64,000 nt of DNA from a virus (taxonomy: Duplodnaviria > Caudoviricetes). The stretch is from the IMG/VR virus record IMGVR_UViG_3300040801_001355, positions 11,750 to 75,749 of that record. One strand, given 5' to 3'. Below are positions 19,750 through 29,696 of this stretch, piece after piece. The notes beneath the pieces were generated by a model that did no database searches, was not told where the DNA came from, and was given only the letters and a program-made list of their open reading frames with translations. Position 1 is the stretch's first letter; the number at the start of each line of letters is the position of its first letter. The position numbers were made by a program, and so were the translations under genes.

Positions 19750-22700
19750 ATGTCTAAAAGAAGACTGCCAAATAACGCCCCTTACCTACGCCCCATGGAC
19801 AACAAGGAGCGAGATGCCACTCGCCGTAATAAAGGTATTCCTCCTAAGCAAACAGCCTTATCTGTTCAAGACGTAAGAGACTACTCGACCCCCGAAGGGG
19901 CTGCACAAGCCAATGAGGAGATGAGAAGATTGCGCCTTGGTATAGACGAGGTGACCGCGCGTCTCCAAGGATTAGGCGGCGGTGATGCTGACACCTCAAG
20001 TATTAGAAATATTATTGGTGATGGTGATGGCGGTAGCGGCGGTGGATGGCGCAGTCCTCAATCAGGCTTTACTGTGCTGCATACTGACGCATACAAGCGT
20101 TCTGGCGCCCCCGTAGATTTCCCAAAAAGAATAGATGTATTAGACATTAAAGATTGGCCGCTGGTCTTTAATGAGCCCCCAATCCCCGTAGCAATTGAGT
20201 GGACTATATCAGGAAACCCCGACAACCTCATATACAACACATTGGATAATGGCGATGGATACACAGCGCATATCACCGCATCTGGGTACGTATTAACATC
20301 TCATATACGTGATGTGGTTGAAGAGTATCTTAGCGGCTATAGCGGCACCATGGTGCAATCTGGGTTCACCGTAGAGCACGACCCTTATTTCGGCAGCGAC
20401 CAAATAGTCAGTCTTCCTAAACAAATTGACATGCTTTCTTTTAAAGACTACTCTCTTGCATATACGCGAGAACCTTTGCATGTTTTTACGCAGTGGACTT
20501 TATCGGGGGCACAAGACTCAGATGTAGAGCATGGCGATTATAACACTTTAGTGAATGACGCAGGGCATACAGCGTTTATCAGTGTATCAGGCATGATACC
20601 TTATGGCGACATAACAAGCTACCTTTCGGGTTGGACATCAGGGATGATTGTCGATATTAGTACATCGGGCGTCGTAGCTGGAGAAAGTGGGTATTCTGGG
20701 TACAGTGGTTACAGTGGTTACTCTGGATATAGTGGTCAGGATGGGGCGCCTGGCCCACAATCAGGCTTTACCGTCAGGCACAGAGTTGGCCCGTATAACA
20801 ATGTGGCTGCGACAATCGACGCCGACAGAGTCAAAGCAGTTGATACATTATTATTCGATGATGATGATATAGCTTTTACTATTCCGCCTTTACGCACCTA
20901 TATATCGTGGTATATATCTGGTGACGCAGACGACTCAGGCTACAACACATTAGCGGACAACAGCGGGCACCAAGTCACTATCGCTGCATCTGGGCTGATA
21001 CAGTATGGAGAGCTGACTGAATATATCAGCGGCTTTGTAAGTGGTATGATTAGCGGCTCGCCAAGCGCATCAGGGTACAGCGGTTACTCGGGCATTAGTG
21101 GGTACAGCGGTTACTCTGGTACGTCAGGTTACTCTGGCCAAGATGGCGCAAGTGGCTATAGCGGAGCAAGCGGAACGTCGGGATATTCAGGAATCAGTGG
21201 GCAAGATGGGGCGTCAGGCTACTCAGGATACAGCGGCTACTCAGGTCTCAGTGGATATAGTGGTGAGCCAGGTGATAGTGGCTACTCAGGATACTCGGGC
21301 TTGAGTGGTTATTCAGGTCAGGATGGTGAAAGTGGCTATAGCGGGGCGAGCGGAACGTCAGGATACAGTGGTTACTCGGGCATTAGTGGGTACAGTGGTG
21401 AACCTGGACGACTGTCAGGCTTTACTGTGCAGCATCATCCTTGGCTATCTGCAACGACCGTAGCGGACTTACCAAAGAAAATCGACGTCTTACAATTTAA
21501 AGATTTTTACTTAGCATCACAAGTGCCGCATCTTAACGTATATACGGAATGGTCCATTTCAGGATTAGATGATACCAGCGCTGGCAATACGGCTTATAAT
21601 ACATTGCTTAATAACGATGGGCATACGGCTGTAATATCAGTATCTGGTTTTGTTGCTTATGCCGAGCTGACAGAGTATATTTCTGGTTGGACGTCAGGCA
21701 TGATAGTAGATATTGGCACGTCAGGCATTAACGAAGGCACATCAGGTTATAGCGGATATTCAGGATACTCGGGTTACAGTGGTTACTCTGGGTATAGTGG
21801 TCAGGACGGCACGATAGGAGAGGATGGCGCAAGTGGTTATAGCGGATATTCTGGCACGTCAGGTTACTCAGGTGAGCAAGGTGCATCAGGATATAGCGGT
21901 TACTCAGGACAAAATGGCGCATCAGGGTATAGTGGTTATAGCGGACAAGACGGGGCAAGTGGATTTAGTGGCTACTCAGGCGAAGTAGGCGCATCAGGGT
22001 TTAGTGGTTACTCAGGTCAAGACGGAGTAAGTGGTTACAGCGGCTACTCAGGTCAAGACGGTGCGTCAGGATATAGTGGGGCAAGTGGTGCGTCAGGATA
22101 TAGCGGCCAACCTGGACGACTATCAGGCTTTACTGTGCATGCTTACCATAATATTTTTGGCACGTACGCTGTAGCTGATTCACCAAAGAAAATTGACGTC
22201 TTACAATTAAATAGCAGAGCGGTTGCTTTTAACAACCCTCCTCTTGAAGTGTTTAATCAATGGATTGTCTCAGGCGGCCCAGACGTTGACGACCCAGAAA
22301 CATCTGGATATAACACATTGGTAGACGAGAGCGGACATACAGCATACGTCAGTATGTCAGGGTATATACCTCGCAATGTTATCGAAAGCTATTTATCAGG
22401 GTGGGTGTCAGGGATGATTGTTGACGTAGGTACATCAGGCATCCAAACAGGGGCGTCAGGATATAGTGGGTATAGCGGCTATTCGGGGTATAGTGGCGTT
22501 AGTGGCTTTAGTGGTTTTAGTGGAGCAAGTGGCACGGGGCCGAGTGGGTATAGCGGCACGAGTGGTTATTCAGGTTATAGTGGTTACTCAGGAGAGCAAG
22601 GCACATCAGGCTATAGTGGTTACTCAGGTATCAGCGGACAAGACGGCACGTCGGGGTACTCAGGGCACAGCGGTCTAAGCGGATATAGTGGTTACTCAGG

Positions 22701-25700
22701 ACAAGACGGTGTGTCAGGGTATAGTGGACAAGATGGACAAAGCGGTTATTCAGGAGTTAGCGGTTATAGTGGGTATAGCGGCATAAGCGGCCAGGACGGT
22801 GCGTCAGGTTATTCGGGCTACAGTGGCCAAGATGGCGTGAGCGGGTACTCTGGCATTAGTGGATACTCAGGATATAGTGGCACATCAGGATATTCGGGGT
22901 ACTCAGGTCAAAATGGCATTAGTGGATATTCAGGACAAGATGGCGCGTCAGGTTATTCGGGATATTCAGGACAAGACGGAGCAAGCGGGTACTCAGGGTA
23001 TAGTGGTCAGGATGGTCTTAGTGGATACAGCGGATACAGTGGTTACAGCGGCCAAGACGGGGCAAGTGGCTATAGCGGATACAGTGGTCAAGACGGAGCA
23101 TCAGGCTACTCAGGATATTCAGGTCAAGACGGAGCATCAGGCTACTCAGGATATAGTGGTGAACCTGGACGACTGTCAGGGTTTACTGTGCAACACCGCA
23201 CATCATCAATAGATATCACGGATATAGATTTACCTAAGAAAATAGACGTGCTCCAATTCCAAGATTACAGTCCTGTTGGGACTACGGGGGCGTTGTGGTT
23301 CGGCAATGTATGGTCAATATCTGGGCAACTTGACGAGGCAGGATACAATACACTTACAGATAACAGTGGGCATACGGCATACATATCGTCATCTGGCTAT
23401 GTATTTTATGATGACTTAACGGATTTTATCAGTGGCTTTGTGTCTGGCTCCATAGAAGATTACGTAGAAAATTATGAAGGCATTAGTGGCCAAAGCGGCT
23501 ATTCGGGGTACAGTGGATACTCAGGATATAGCGGCTCTAAAGGAGATAGCGGATACTCAGGGCAAGCTGGTTCGGACGGTCAATTCGGCGGCTTCTCGAC
23601 AACGTTTATATTTAATGACGACACTACAGGCAGTGACCTTTCATCATTTAGAAGCGGCATATTACGATTTAACGATTCATTTATGGTGCCAAATATTGGC
23701 GTCTCAGAAATCACTGTGTCAAAAGATTATAGTGAAGAGGGATTGGCTGATATAGGAGATTGGCTCGCCAACTCAATACCAAGCAACGATGCGTATATAC
23801 GTGTAAGCAACTTAAACAATCCTAATAAATTTGGTCTATTAAAAATAAATGACGTGTCAGGATTTACGTATACAGTTAAATTGTATGTTGATGAAATCTT
23901 AGGTTACCCAGGAACTACAGCTAATCGTTCATGGGGTGCGTCAACAGATGGCGACCAAGTTTTATTATCAGTAACAACCATAGCCCAGTCAGGTTACAGC
24001 GGATATAGCGGCTACTCAGGTGAGCAAGGCGCGTCAGGTTACTCGGGTTACTCAGGACAAGATGGGGCGATAGGTGCATCAGGCTACAGCGGCTACTCAG
24101 GACAAGACGGCGCGTCAGGATATAGCGGCTACTCAGGTCAAGATGGGGCGATAGGAACAGACGGAAGATTTGGGGGCTTCTCAACTAACTTTATATTTAG
24201 CGGCGACTTAACAGGTGCAGATGTTATCGCAGATAGAAGTGGCGTTATTAAATTCAATCAGTTGTATAGCACCAATACGACGGAAGTCACTTTTTCTAAA
24301 GACTATTCTACAGAAGGCCTCGGTAATATTCTTAATTGGTTAAGCGGGACATTAACTAATAATAATGGGTACATTAGAATAGCAAACATTGACACACCGA
24401 GCCGTTATGTTCATTATAAAATTAATGATATATCAGGCTTTACGTACACTGTTAAAGCATACGTTGATTTAGTTGTGGGATACCCAGACAGCATCATTAA
24501 TAGAATATGGGGTAGCATTGCAAATGGCAACGAAGTCTTTGTTAGCTTAACGGATAACGGAGAACCAGGTGCGTCAGGATACAGTGGTTACTCAGGCTAC
24601 TCTGGGTATAGTGGTCAAGACGGAGCAAGTGGCTACTCTGGGTATAGTGGTCAAGACGGAGCAAGTGGCTACTCTGGGTATTCAGGCCAAGATGGGCAAA
24701 GTGGGTATAGTGGTCAGGATGGAGCGTCAGGGTATTCAGGATATTCAGGTCAGGATGGAGCGTCAGGGTATAGCGGATACTCAGGACAAGATGGAGCGTC
24801 AGGATACTCAGGATACAGTGGGCAAGACGGCCCACAAGGCGCGTCAGGATATAGTGGGTTCAGCGGTTACAGCGGTCAAAACGGCGATAGCACTACATAC
24901 GGGACTCTTCCTAACAATAGTGATGCCGCAATTACGCCAACATACGAAGGAGTGCCTACAGGCGATACTCGTGGCAGTGGTTCAGTTGATTTACAAATGG
25001 CGCGTGGCTCTGCATCGCAAGTAACACATGGGGCTCATTCTTTTGCAGTTGGCGGGCATAGCACGTCTTATGGTATATATAACGCTGCGATAGGTTACGA
25101 CCACTTTATATCTGGCGATTATAATATTGCTGCTGGGCGTGGGCACACAATTGCTGAGGACAGGTCTATTGCTGTAGGATATGCCAATACTATTTCAGGT
25201 AACGATAACGCAGTTTTCGGCGGGGCAAACAGAGCGTATAGCGGTAGTCGCAACAATTTAATAGGCGGCGAAGGCATACAGTTAATCAACTCATTCGCAA
25301 ACTTATTAGGTGGTGGAGCGCATCTTCTTACAAATAGTCATTTTAATATTGTTGCAGGCTCAGGACATAATGTTTATGGAAGCGGTAACGCTGCATTTGG
25401 GTGGGACACTTATATCAGCGGCGACTATAATGTAGGCGGTGGCCATAAGGCGTCCATACTTGGTAACGATAGTTTAGTTGGCGGATATTTGTCTTATGTA
25501 AGTGGTGATAGCTCTATAGCGTTTGGTAACACTGTATCTGTTACTGGAAATTTTAGTACTGCTTTAGGCACGCAACACACAGTAATTGGCGGAGCTTCTG
25601 TAGCATTGGGTAGCACGCACGCCATAACAGAATCCTACAATGTCGCAGGCGGATATGGCCACGATATTTTTGGTAGTTATAATATTGCAATGGGCGATAG

Positions 25701-26505
25701 GCATCTTATATCAGGCACCCATAATGATGTTGATGGTCGCACTAATGTTGTATCAGGCGATTACAATAGCGTCCATGGCCAAAACCACAATATGTCAGGC
25801 GACCATAATATAATAGCAAATTACCAAAATACTGTATTAGGTGACCACCACACTGTCTTATCAGATGGAAGTGTAGTTTATGGTCTTGGTAATACCGTTA
25901 TTGGTGGCCACGACGTATATGTAAGTGGCATCGATTCAACGGCTATTGGGGCAACAAGTTTATGCGAAGTTAGAGGTAACTATAGTTTTCTTACGGGTTT
26001 TGACAATCATGCGGAAGAAAACCACGTAGCAGTCTTTGGTGCAAATGCGCTGGCATCACACCATAATGAATTTACAATAGGTGGGCCGATTGGCGGCGGC
26101 ATTAATCGTCATGCCCAAACTGGTTCCGTTAGATACGTTGGACAAAGACCGTCGAATGGATTAAGCGAATTATATCTACGATACAATGATACGAAAAGAT
26201 TTATTATCCCAGATTACACGTCATATCAATGTACCTTGCAGTATATTGGCATGAAATTAGATGGGACAAAAATTAAGTCAGGCGAGCGCAAATTTTTAAT
26301 ACATCGTCGTAGCGGGGCGGGGACAGTCGTTTTAACTGGGCTTGAAACAATAGGTTCTGACCATGAGTATGGCACGCCATCTTGCTTTATTGTGGTAACT
26401 GCTGACACAACAAATGGCTCGCTTAAAATACAAACGACTAATGGTGAATCAGCTACATATGATTGGGTCGCTACCTTATATTATACTCAAATCAGCACAC
26501 AATAA
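19750..26505 (+). CDS. Giant collagen-like tail fibre/adhesin (GYS triplets, repeated globular domains, YadA-like beta-roll head)
   Basis: 2251 aa; long runs with Gly every third residue (GYS, GQD, GAS); six SGFTV..H..PKxIDxL..YNTL..GHTA domains; two GxFGGFST domains; C-terminal G-x-x-N/H beta-roll repeats. Confidence 0.8.
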   Translation: MSKRRLPNNAPYLRPMDNKERDATRRNKGIPPKQTALSVQDVRDYSTPEGAAQANEEMRRLRLGIDEVTARLQGLGGGDADTSSIRNIIGDGDGGSGGGWRSPQSGFTVLHTDAYKRSGAPVDFPKRIDVLDIKDWPLVFNEPPIPVAIEWTISGNPDNLIYNTLDNGDGYTAHITASGYVLTSHIRDVVEEYLSGYSGTMVQSGFTVEHDPYFGSDQIVSLPKQIDMLSFKDYSLAYTREPLHVFTQWTLSGAQDSDVEHGDYNTLVNDAGHTAFISVSGMIPYGDITSYLSGWTSGMIVDISTSGVVAGESGYSGYSGYSGYSGYSGQDGAPGPQSGFTVRHRVGPYNNVAATIDADRVKAVDTLLFDDDDIAFTIPPLRTYISWYISGDADDSGYNTLADNSGHQVTIAASGLIQYGELTEYISGFVSGMISGSPSASGYSGYSGISGYSGYSGTSGYSGQDGASGYSGASGTSGYSGISGQDGASGYSGYSGYSGLSGYSGEPGDSGYSGYSGLSGYSGQDGESGYSGASGTSGYSGYSGISGYSGEPGRLSGFTVQHHPWLSATTVADLPKKIDVLQFKDFYLASQVPHLNVYTEWSISGLDDTSAGNTAYNTLLNNDGHTAVISVSGFVAYAELTEYISGWTSGMIVDIGTSGINEGTSGYSGYSGYSGYSGYSGYSGQDGTIGEDGASGYSGYSGTSGYSGEQGASGYSGYSGQNGASGYSGYSGQDGASGFSGYSGEVGASGFSGYSGQDGVSGYSGYSGQDGASGYSGASGASGYSGQPGRLSGFTVHAYHNIFGTYAVADSPKKIDVLQLNSRAVAFNNPPLEVFNQWIVSGGPDVDDPETSGYNTLVDESGHTAYVSMSGYIPRNVIESYLSGWVSGMIVDVGTSGIQTGASGYSGYSGYSGYSGVSGFSGFSGASGTGPSGYSGTSGYSGYSGYSGEQGTSGYSGYSGISGQDGTSGYSGHSGLSGYSGYSGQDGVSGYSGQDGQSGYSGVSGYSGYSGISGQDGASGYSGYSGQDGVSGYSGISGYSGYSGTSGYSGYSGQNGISGYSGQDGASGYSGYSGQDGASGYSGYSGQDGLSGYSGYSGYSGQDGASGYSGYSGQDGASGYSGYSGQDGASGYSGYSGEPGRLSGFTVQHRTSSIDITDIDLPKKIDVLQFQDYSPVGTTGALWFGNVWSISGQLDEAGYNTLTDNSGHTAYISSSGYVFYDDLTDFISGFVSGSIEDYVENYEGISGQSGYSGYSGYSGYSGSKGDSGYSGQAGSDGQFGGFSTTFIFNDDTTGSDLSSFRSGILRFNDSFMVPNIGVSEITVSKDYSEEGLADIGDWLANSIPSNDAYIRVSNLNNPNKFGLLKINDVSGFTYTVKLYVDEILGYPGTTANRSWGASTDGDQVLLSVTTIAQSGYSGYSGYSGEQGASGYSGYSGQDGAIGASGYSGYSGQDGASGYSGYSGQDGAIGTDGRFGGFSTNFIFSGDLTGADVIADRSGVIKFNQLYSTNTTEVTFSKDYSTEGLGNILNWLSGTLTNNNGYIRIANIDTPSRYVHYKINDISGFTYTVKAYVDLVVGYPDSIINRIWGSIANGNEVFVSLTDNGEPGASGYSGYSGYSGYSGQDGASGYSGYSGQDGASGYSGYSGQDGQSGYSGQDGASGYSGYSGQDGASGYSGYSGQDGASGYSGYSGQDGPQGASGYSGFSGYSGQNGDSTTYGTLPNNSDAAITPTYEGVPTGDTRGSGSVDLQMARGSASQVTHGAHSFAVGGHSTSYGIYNAAIGYDHFISGDYNIAAGRGHTIAEDRSIAVGYANTISGNDNAVFGGANRAYSGSRNNLIGGEGIQLINSFANLLGGGAHLLTNSHFNIVAGSGHNVYGSGNAAFGWDTYISGDYNVGGGHKASILGNDSLVGGYLSYVSGDSSIAFGNTVSVTGNFSTALGTQHTVIGGASVALGSTHAITESYNVAGGYGHDIFGSYNIAMGDRHLISGTHNDVDGRTNVVSGDYNSVHGQNHNMSGDHNIIANYQNTVLGDHHTVLSDGSVVYGLGNTVIGGHDVYVSGIDSTAIGATSLCEVRGNYSFLTGFDNHAEENHVAVFGANALASHHNEFTIGGPIGGGINRHAQTGSVRYVGQRPSNGLSELYLRYNDTKRFIIPDYTSYQCTLQYIGMKLDGTKIKSGERKFLIHRRSGAGTVVLTGLETIGSDHEYGTPSCFIVVTADTTNGSLKIQTTNGESATYDWVATLYYTQISTQ

Positions 26506-26514
26506 AAACCGTGA

Positions 26515-26546
26515 CTTGCGTCACATTTAATAATTCATTATATTCG
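26515..26546 (+). promoter_or_regulatory. Bacteroidota-type promoter variant (CTTG-N20-TATATTCG)
   Basis: CTTG 26515-26518 and TATATTCG 26539-26546, ahead of the glycosyltransferase operon. Confidence 0.5.
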
Positions 26547-26578
26547 CAACTTATCATTACACACAGCGAGGAGAATTA

Positions 26579-28333
26579 ATGACTGAACTACAAGAGAAGT
26601 ACGGCAACCATTGGGAGAGGGCTGTCCGACATGACGGTGAGTCCATGCACAATTTAGAAAAAGGCCGATACGATTGGGCGGCGCTATTTGTATTGGAGCA
26701 TCTCCAGAGAAATCCAGAGGTCAATATTACTGAGATAGCCTCATCTAATGGATACGGCATCAACTATATTTTAAATATAGTAAAGGGATACGTGCCAAAT
26801 GCTAAAGTCAACGTTACTTGTTACGACTACGACGACAAGGTTTTAAAGCTTGGCAAGAAAATGTTTGGCAAGAAAGCAAACTCGTGGAGTTACCACCAAA
26901 AAGATTTACGCAAAGAAAAGGATGTCCAATCTATTATAGACAACAATAAAGCTGACATCACGCTATTCTTTGAAGTGTTAGAGCACGTTGAAAATGGCAA
27001 AGAACTTGCTGTTGAGTTAGCTGAACAAACATCTGGCATCTTTTTAGCGAGCACCCCATACAATGAAACGCCTGGATTCTGGGGGCCGCATCACGTCTTG
27101 CACAATATAAAGCCCGAAGACTTTAAAGAAGGTGTGTTTGATTGGATGTATATAACTCCGTCTGGTGCGCACGGCTGGAACCCAGTCGCTACAAAACCTG
27201 ACAACTTATTGATAGGTTCATCAAAAGATGGGGAGGCATGGAATCTCGATTTTTTACAGAAGCCTACTGTAACCGCTACAGTCTCGACCAAAGGAAGGTA
27301 CGATACAACCTTGCCATTGACTTTAATGGGGATCGCAACACAAGCGTTATTGCCTGATGAAGTGATAGTATACGATGATAACGCGCAAGAAGATAGGGTT
27401 GACTTTAACAAGCACCCAATATTATCACACATTATTAATCTTTTCGCGATTAAAAAAGTGCGGTTCAACGTCATCTACGCACCTGGTCAAGGACAAGTAC
27501 CTAACCATCAGCACGCATTAGATAATTGCACAACTAAATATCTGTGGAGAATAGATGATGACAACTTTACAGAAGGCGATGTCTTAGCCAAATTACTAAA
27601 GCGCATTGAACAGAGCGATGAGATTGGTGCAGTAGGTGGAAATGTATTCTTTACAACAAGAAACTTTGTTGCGCCAAAACCAGATTATGTCAAAGCGAAC
27701 ACATCGTATCATCTATACGAAGGGTGTACAAATATGTGGTTTGCACGTACAGATGAAGAAGAAGTTGACCACTTATATTCTACATTTCTTTATAGAGTAG
27801 AAGCGGCTCGTAAAGGTGGCGGGTATCAAGACGACCTTTCTCCTGTTGGGCATGGCGAAGAAACGGTGTTTACAGCACGCATTAAAGAGGCTGGGTACAA
27901 GTTAATCACTATGCCAAATACAACGACATGGCACATGCAAGAAATGAAGGGCGGCATCCGCAGTTACTCACATAAATTTATGTGGGACCATGACGAAAAA
28001 AGAAAGCGTGAAGCTCTTGATAAATTGGGGTGGGACCCTGAGCCACACGGAGAAAAGACAATTCTTCTTGAACACGGCTTAGGCGACGTTATTGCATTCA
28101 GAGAAGTCTTGGATGAAACTTTAGCTGAGGCAGATGACGATACTAAAATCATTATCTTCACAGGATACCAAGAGGTCTTTGAAGATTATTTAGATGACCC
28201 ACGTGTTGAGTTGTTGTTACCTTCGCAGTTCGTTAAGACAGCAGAACATGGCACAACATCTGTTTATAAATGGATGAATGAGAATAATTTCAGTGGGCAT
28301 ATTACTGACGCATATAGGAGGATGCACAAATGA
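26579..28333 (+). CDS. Fusion of SAM-dependent methyltransferase, GT2-family glycosyltransferase and GT9-like N-terminal half
   Basis: EIASSNGYG/FFEVLEHV/STPYNE (class I MTase); VTATVSTKGRY, IVYDD, WRIDDD, GHGEET (GT-A fold); EHGLGDVI (GT9/GT-B start). Confidence 0.8.
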   Translation: MTELQEKYGNHWERAVRHDGESMHNLEKGRYDWAALFVLEHLQRNPEVNITEIASSNGYGINYILNIVKGYVPNAKVNVTCYDYDDKVLKLGKKMFGKKANSWSYHQKDLRKEKDVQSIIDNNKADITLFFEVLEHVENGKELAVELAEQTSGIFLASTPYNETPGFWGPHHVLHNIKPEDFKEGVFDWMYITPSGAHGWNPVATKPDNLLIGSSKDGEAWNLDFLQKPTVTATVSTKGRYDTTLPLTLMGIATQALLPDEVIVYDDNAQEDRVDFNKHPILSHIINLFAIKKVRFNVIYAPGQGQVPNHQHALDNCTTKYLWRIDDDNFTEGDVLAKLLKRIEQSDEIGAVGGNVFFTTRNFVAPKPDYVKANTSYHLYEGCTNMWFARTDEEEVDHLYSTFLYRVEAARKGGGYQDDLSPVGHGEETVFTARIKEAGYKLITMPNTTTWHMQEMKGGIRSYSHKFMWDHDEKRKREALDKLGWDPEPHGEKTILLEHGLGDVIAFREVLDETLAEADDDTKIIIFTGYQEVFEDYLDDPRVELLLPSQFVKTAEHGTTSVYKWMNENNFSGHITDAYRRMHK

Positions 28334-28806
28334 TTGTATTAATATCACCTTTTAGCAAGAAGACAATGAATGGCGACCCATCGCCTAAAGACTATCCATA
28401 CTGGAATGATGTAATTGACATTTTAAAACGTAAATTAAAGGACGATATATATATAGTGCAGATTGGCGTTCATGGTGAGGAGAGGCTCAACGGCGTTGAT
28501 AAGGTTTCCAACAATCTATCGTTCAAAGGTTTAAAAAAAGTTATCAGTGAAATAGACGGGTGGGTAGCAGTAGACAATTTCTTTCACCACTTTGTACACG
28601 CATATACTCCAGAGGTAAAGGGCGCAGTGTTGTGGGGGCCATCAAGCCCACAGCACTTTGGGTATGAAGAACAGCTTAACTTAGTAAAAGACCCTAAGTA
28701 TTTTAGGCCAGACCAATTTGGTGTATGGCATGATGTAGAGCCAAACCCAGACGCTTTCTTAGACCCTGGCACAGTAGCCGATATACTCATCAAAGAATTT
28801 GGGTAA
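28330..28806 (+). CDS. GT9 (heptosyltransferase-like) glycosyltransferase, C-terminal half
   Basis: KDYPYW..VI, IVQIG, WVAVDNFFHHF..AVLWGPSSP..FGY. Confidence 0.75.
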   Translation: MIVLISPFSKKTMNGDPSPKDYPYWNDVIDILKRKLKDDIYIVQIGVHGEERLNGVDKVSNNLSFKGLKKVISEIDGWVAVDNFFHHFVHAYTPEVKGAVLWGPSSPQHFGYEEQLNLVKDPKYFRPDQFGVWHDVEPNPDAFLDPGTVADILIKEFG

Positions 28807-28829
28807 GTTATTTTTTTTAATTATATTTG
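28798..28829 (+). promoter_or_regulatory. Bacteroidota-type promoter (TTTG-N20-TATATTTG)
   Basis: Exact consensus: TTTG 28798-28801 and TATATTTG 28822-28829, ahead of the lysis cassette. Confidence 0.7.
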
Positions 28830-28843
28830 CAAGGAGTTCTACG

Positions 28844-29143
28844 ATGGATAAGAATTTACGTAAAGACGACGATAGAGAGTTTTTAAAGTCGAAAGAGTTA
28901 TGGGTAGTAGGTGCTGTTGCATTGGCGTTATTTTTACTGACATACTTTTTTGCCCAAGAGTTTTCAAGTTTTACAGCGGGAATCTTACGCTCGACAATTG
29001 TTGTCTTATTCTTAGTCGCAGTAGATAAATTTTTACTCAAAGACATAAGCACGATAAATGAAATCAAAAATAACAATATTGCTTTTGGGCTGCTTCTTAT
29101 GGCTATCGCTATCATCATACACGCAGGATTCGCAGCGGTGTGA
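28844..29143 (+). CDS. DUF350-like three-TM membrane protein (holin candidate)
   Basis: Three hydrophobic helices; EIKNNNIAFGLLLMAIAIII terminus; AAGGAG RBS. Confidence 0.6.
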   Translation: MDKNLRKDDDREFLKSKELWVVGAVALALFLLTYFFAQEFSSFTAGILRSTIVVLFLVAVDKFLLKDISTINEIKNNNIAFGLLLMAIAIIIHAGFAAV

Positions 29144-29696
29144 CGTAGTATGCGAGGCGGAGCAGGAATTGGGCGTCAATAAAAAAGACGACCAAGAACG
29201 CATATTGGATTATTTAGAAAGCGTGAATATTACGCGGTACGCTAATTGGTGTGCCGCGTTTGTACGTTTTATCTTGGATGAGGCTAACGCAAAGTACCCA
29301 ACAAAAAGGTCTGGAGTTGCACAGCACTATAAATTTAAAGATTCATGGGACGCACGAGATGTGTTGAATAAAAAAGTAACAGTACCTCGTGGCTCGATAG
29401 TAGTGTGGGCACGACGCAATTCATGGACTGGACATATCGGATTCACCACAAAAGATTGGAGTGGTAAACGGGGAAATACAATCGAAGGTAATACGACTAC
29501 ATTAATCAAGGGCGGTGGCGAGCAAGAGAGAGCGGGAGGTTACGTTGCAGAAAAGCGCCGTGCAATTGAACCGTATAACTATTGGCGCATTGTTGCATTT
29601 ACACGAGTAGAATACAATGAAGAGATGGCTCAAAACAATCATCGCCCTAATTGCGATAAGTCTCATCATGTTAGGTTGCTGTCCAAAGATAACTGA
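29058..29696 (+). CDS. CHAP-domain endolysin with N-terminal signal peptide
   Basis: NWCAAFV, GSIVVW..GHIGF and TIEGNT; hydrophobic leader MKSKITILLLGCFLWLSLSSYTQ. Confidence 0.85.
   Translation: MKSKITILLLGCFLWLSLSSYTQDSQRCDVVCEAEQELGVNKKDDQERILDYLESVNITRYANWCAAFVRFILDEANAKYPTKRSGVAQHYKFKDSWDARDVLNKKVTVPRGSIVVWARRNSWTGHIGFTTKDWSGKRGNTIEGNTTTLIKGGGEQERAGGYVAEKRRAIEPYNYWRIVAFTRVEYNEEMAQNNHRPNCDKSHHVRLLSKDN

Noticed and set aside
20687-25024. Alternative-frame and antisense ORFs within the collagen gene (e.g. 22859-23212, 24569-25024, 24542-24835)
   Set aside because: Stop-free shadows produced by the 9-nt-periodic GYS repeats; no RBS and no independent signal.
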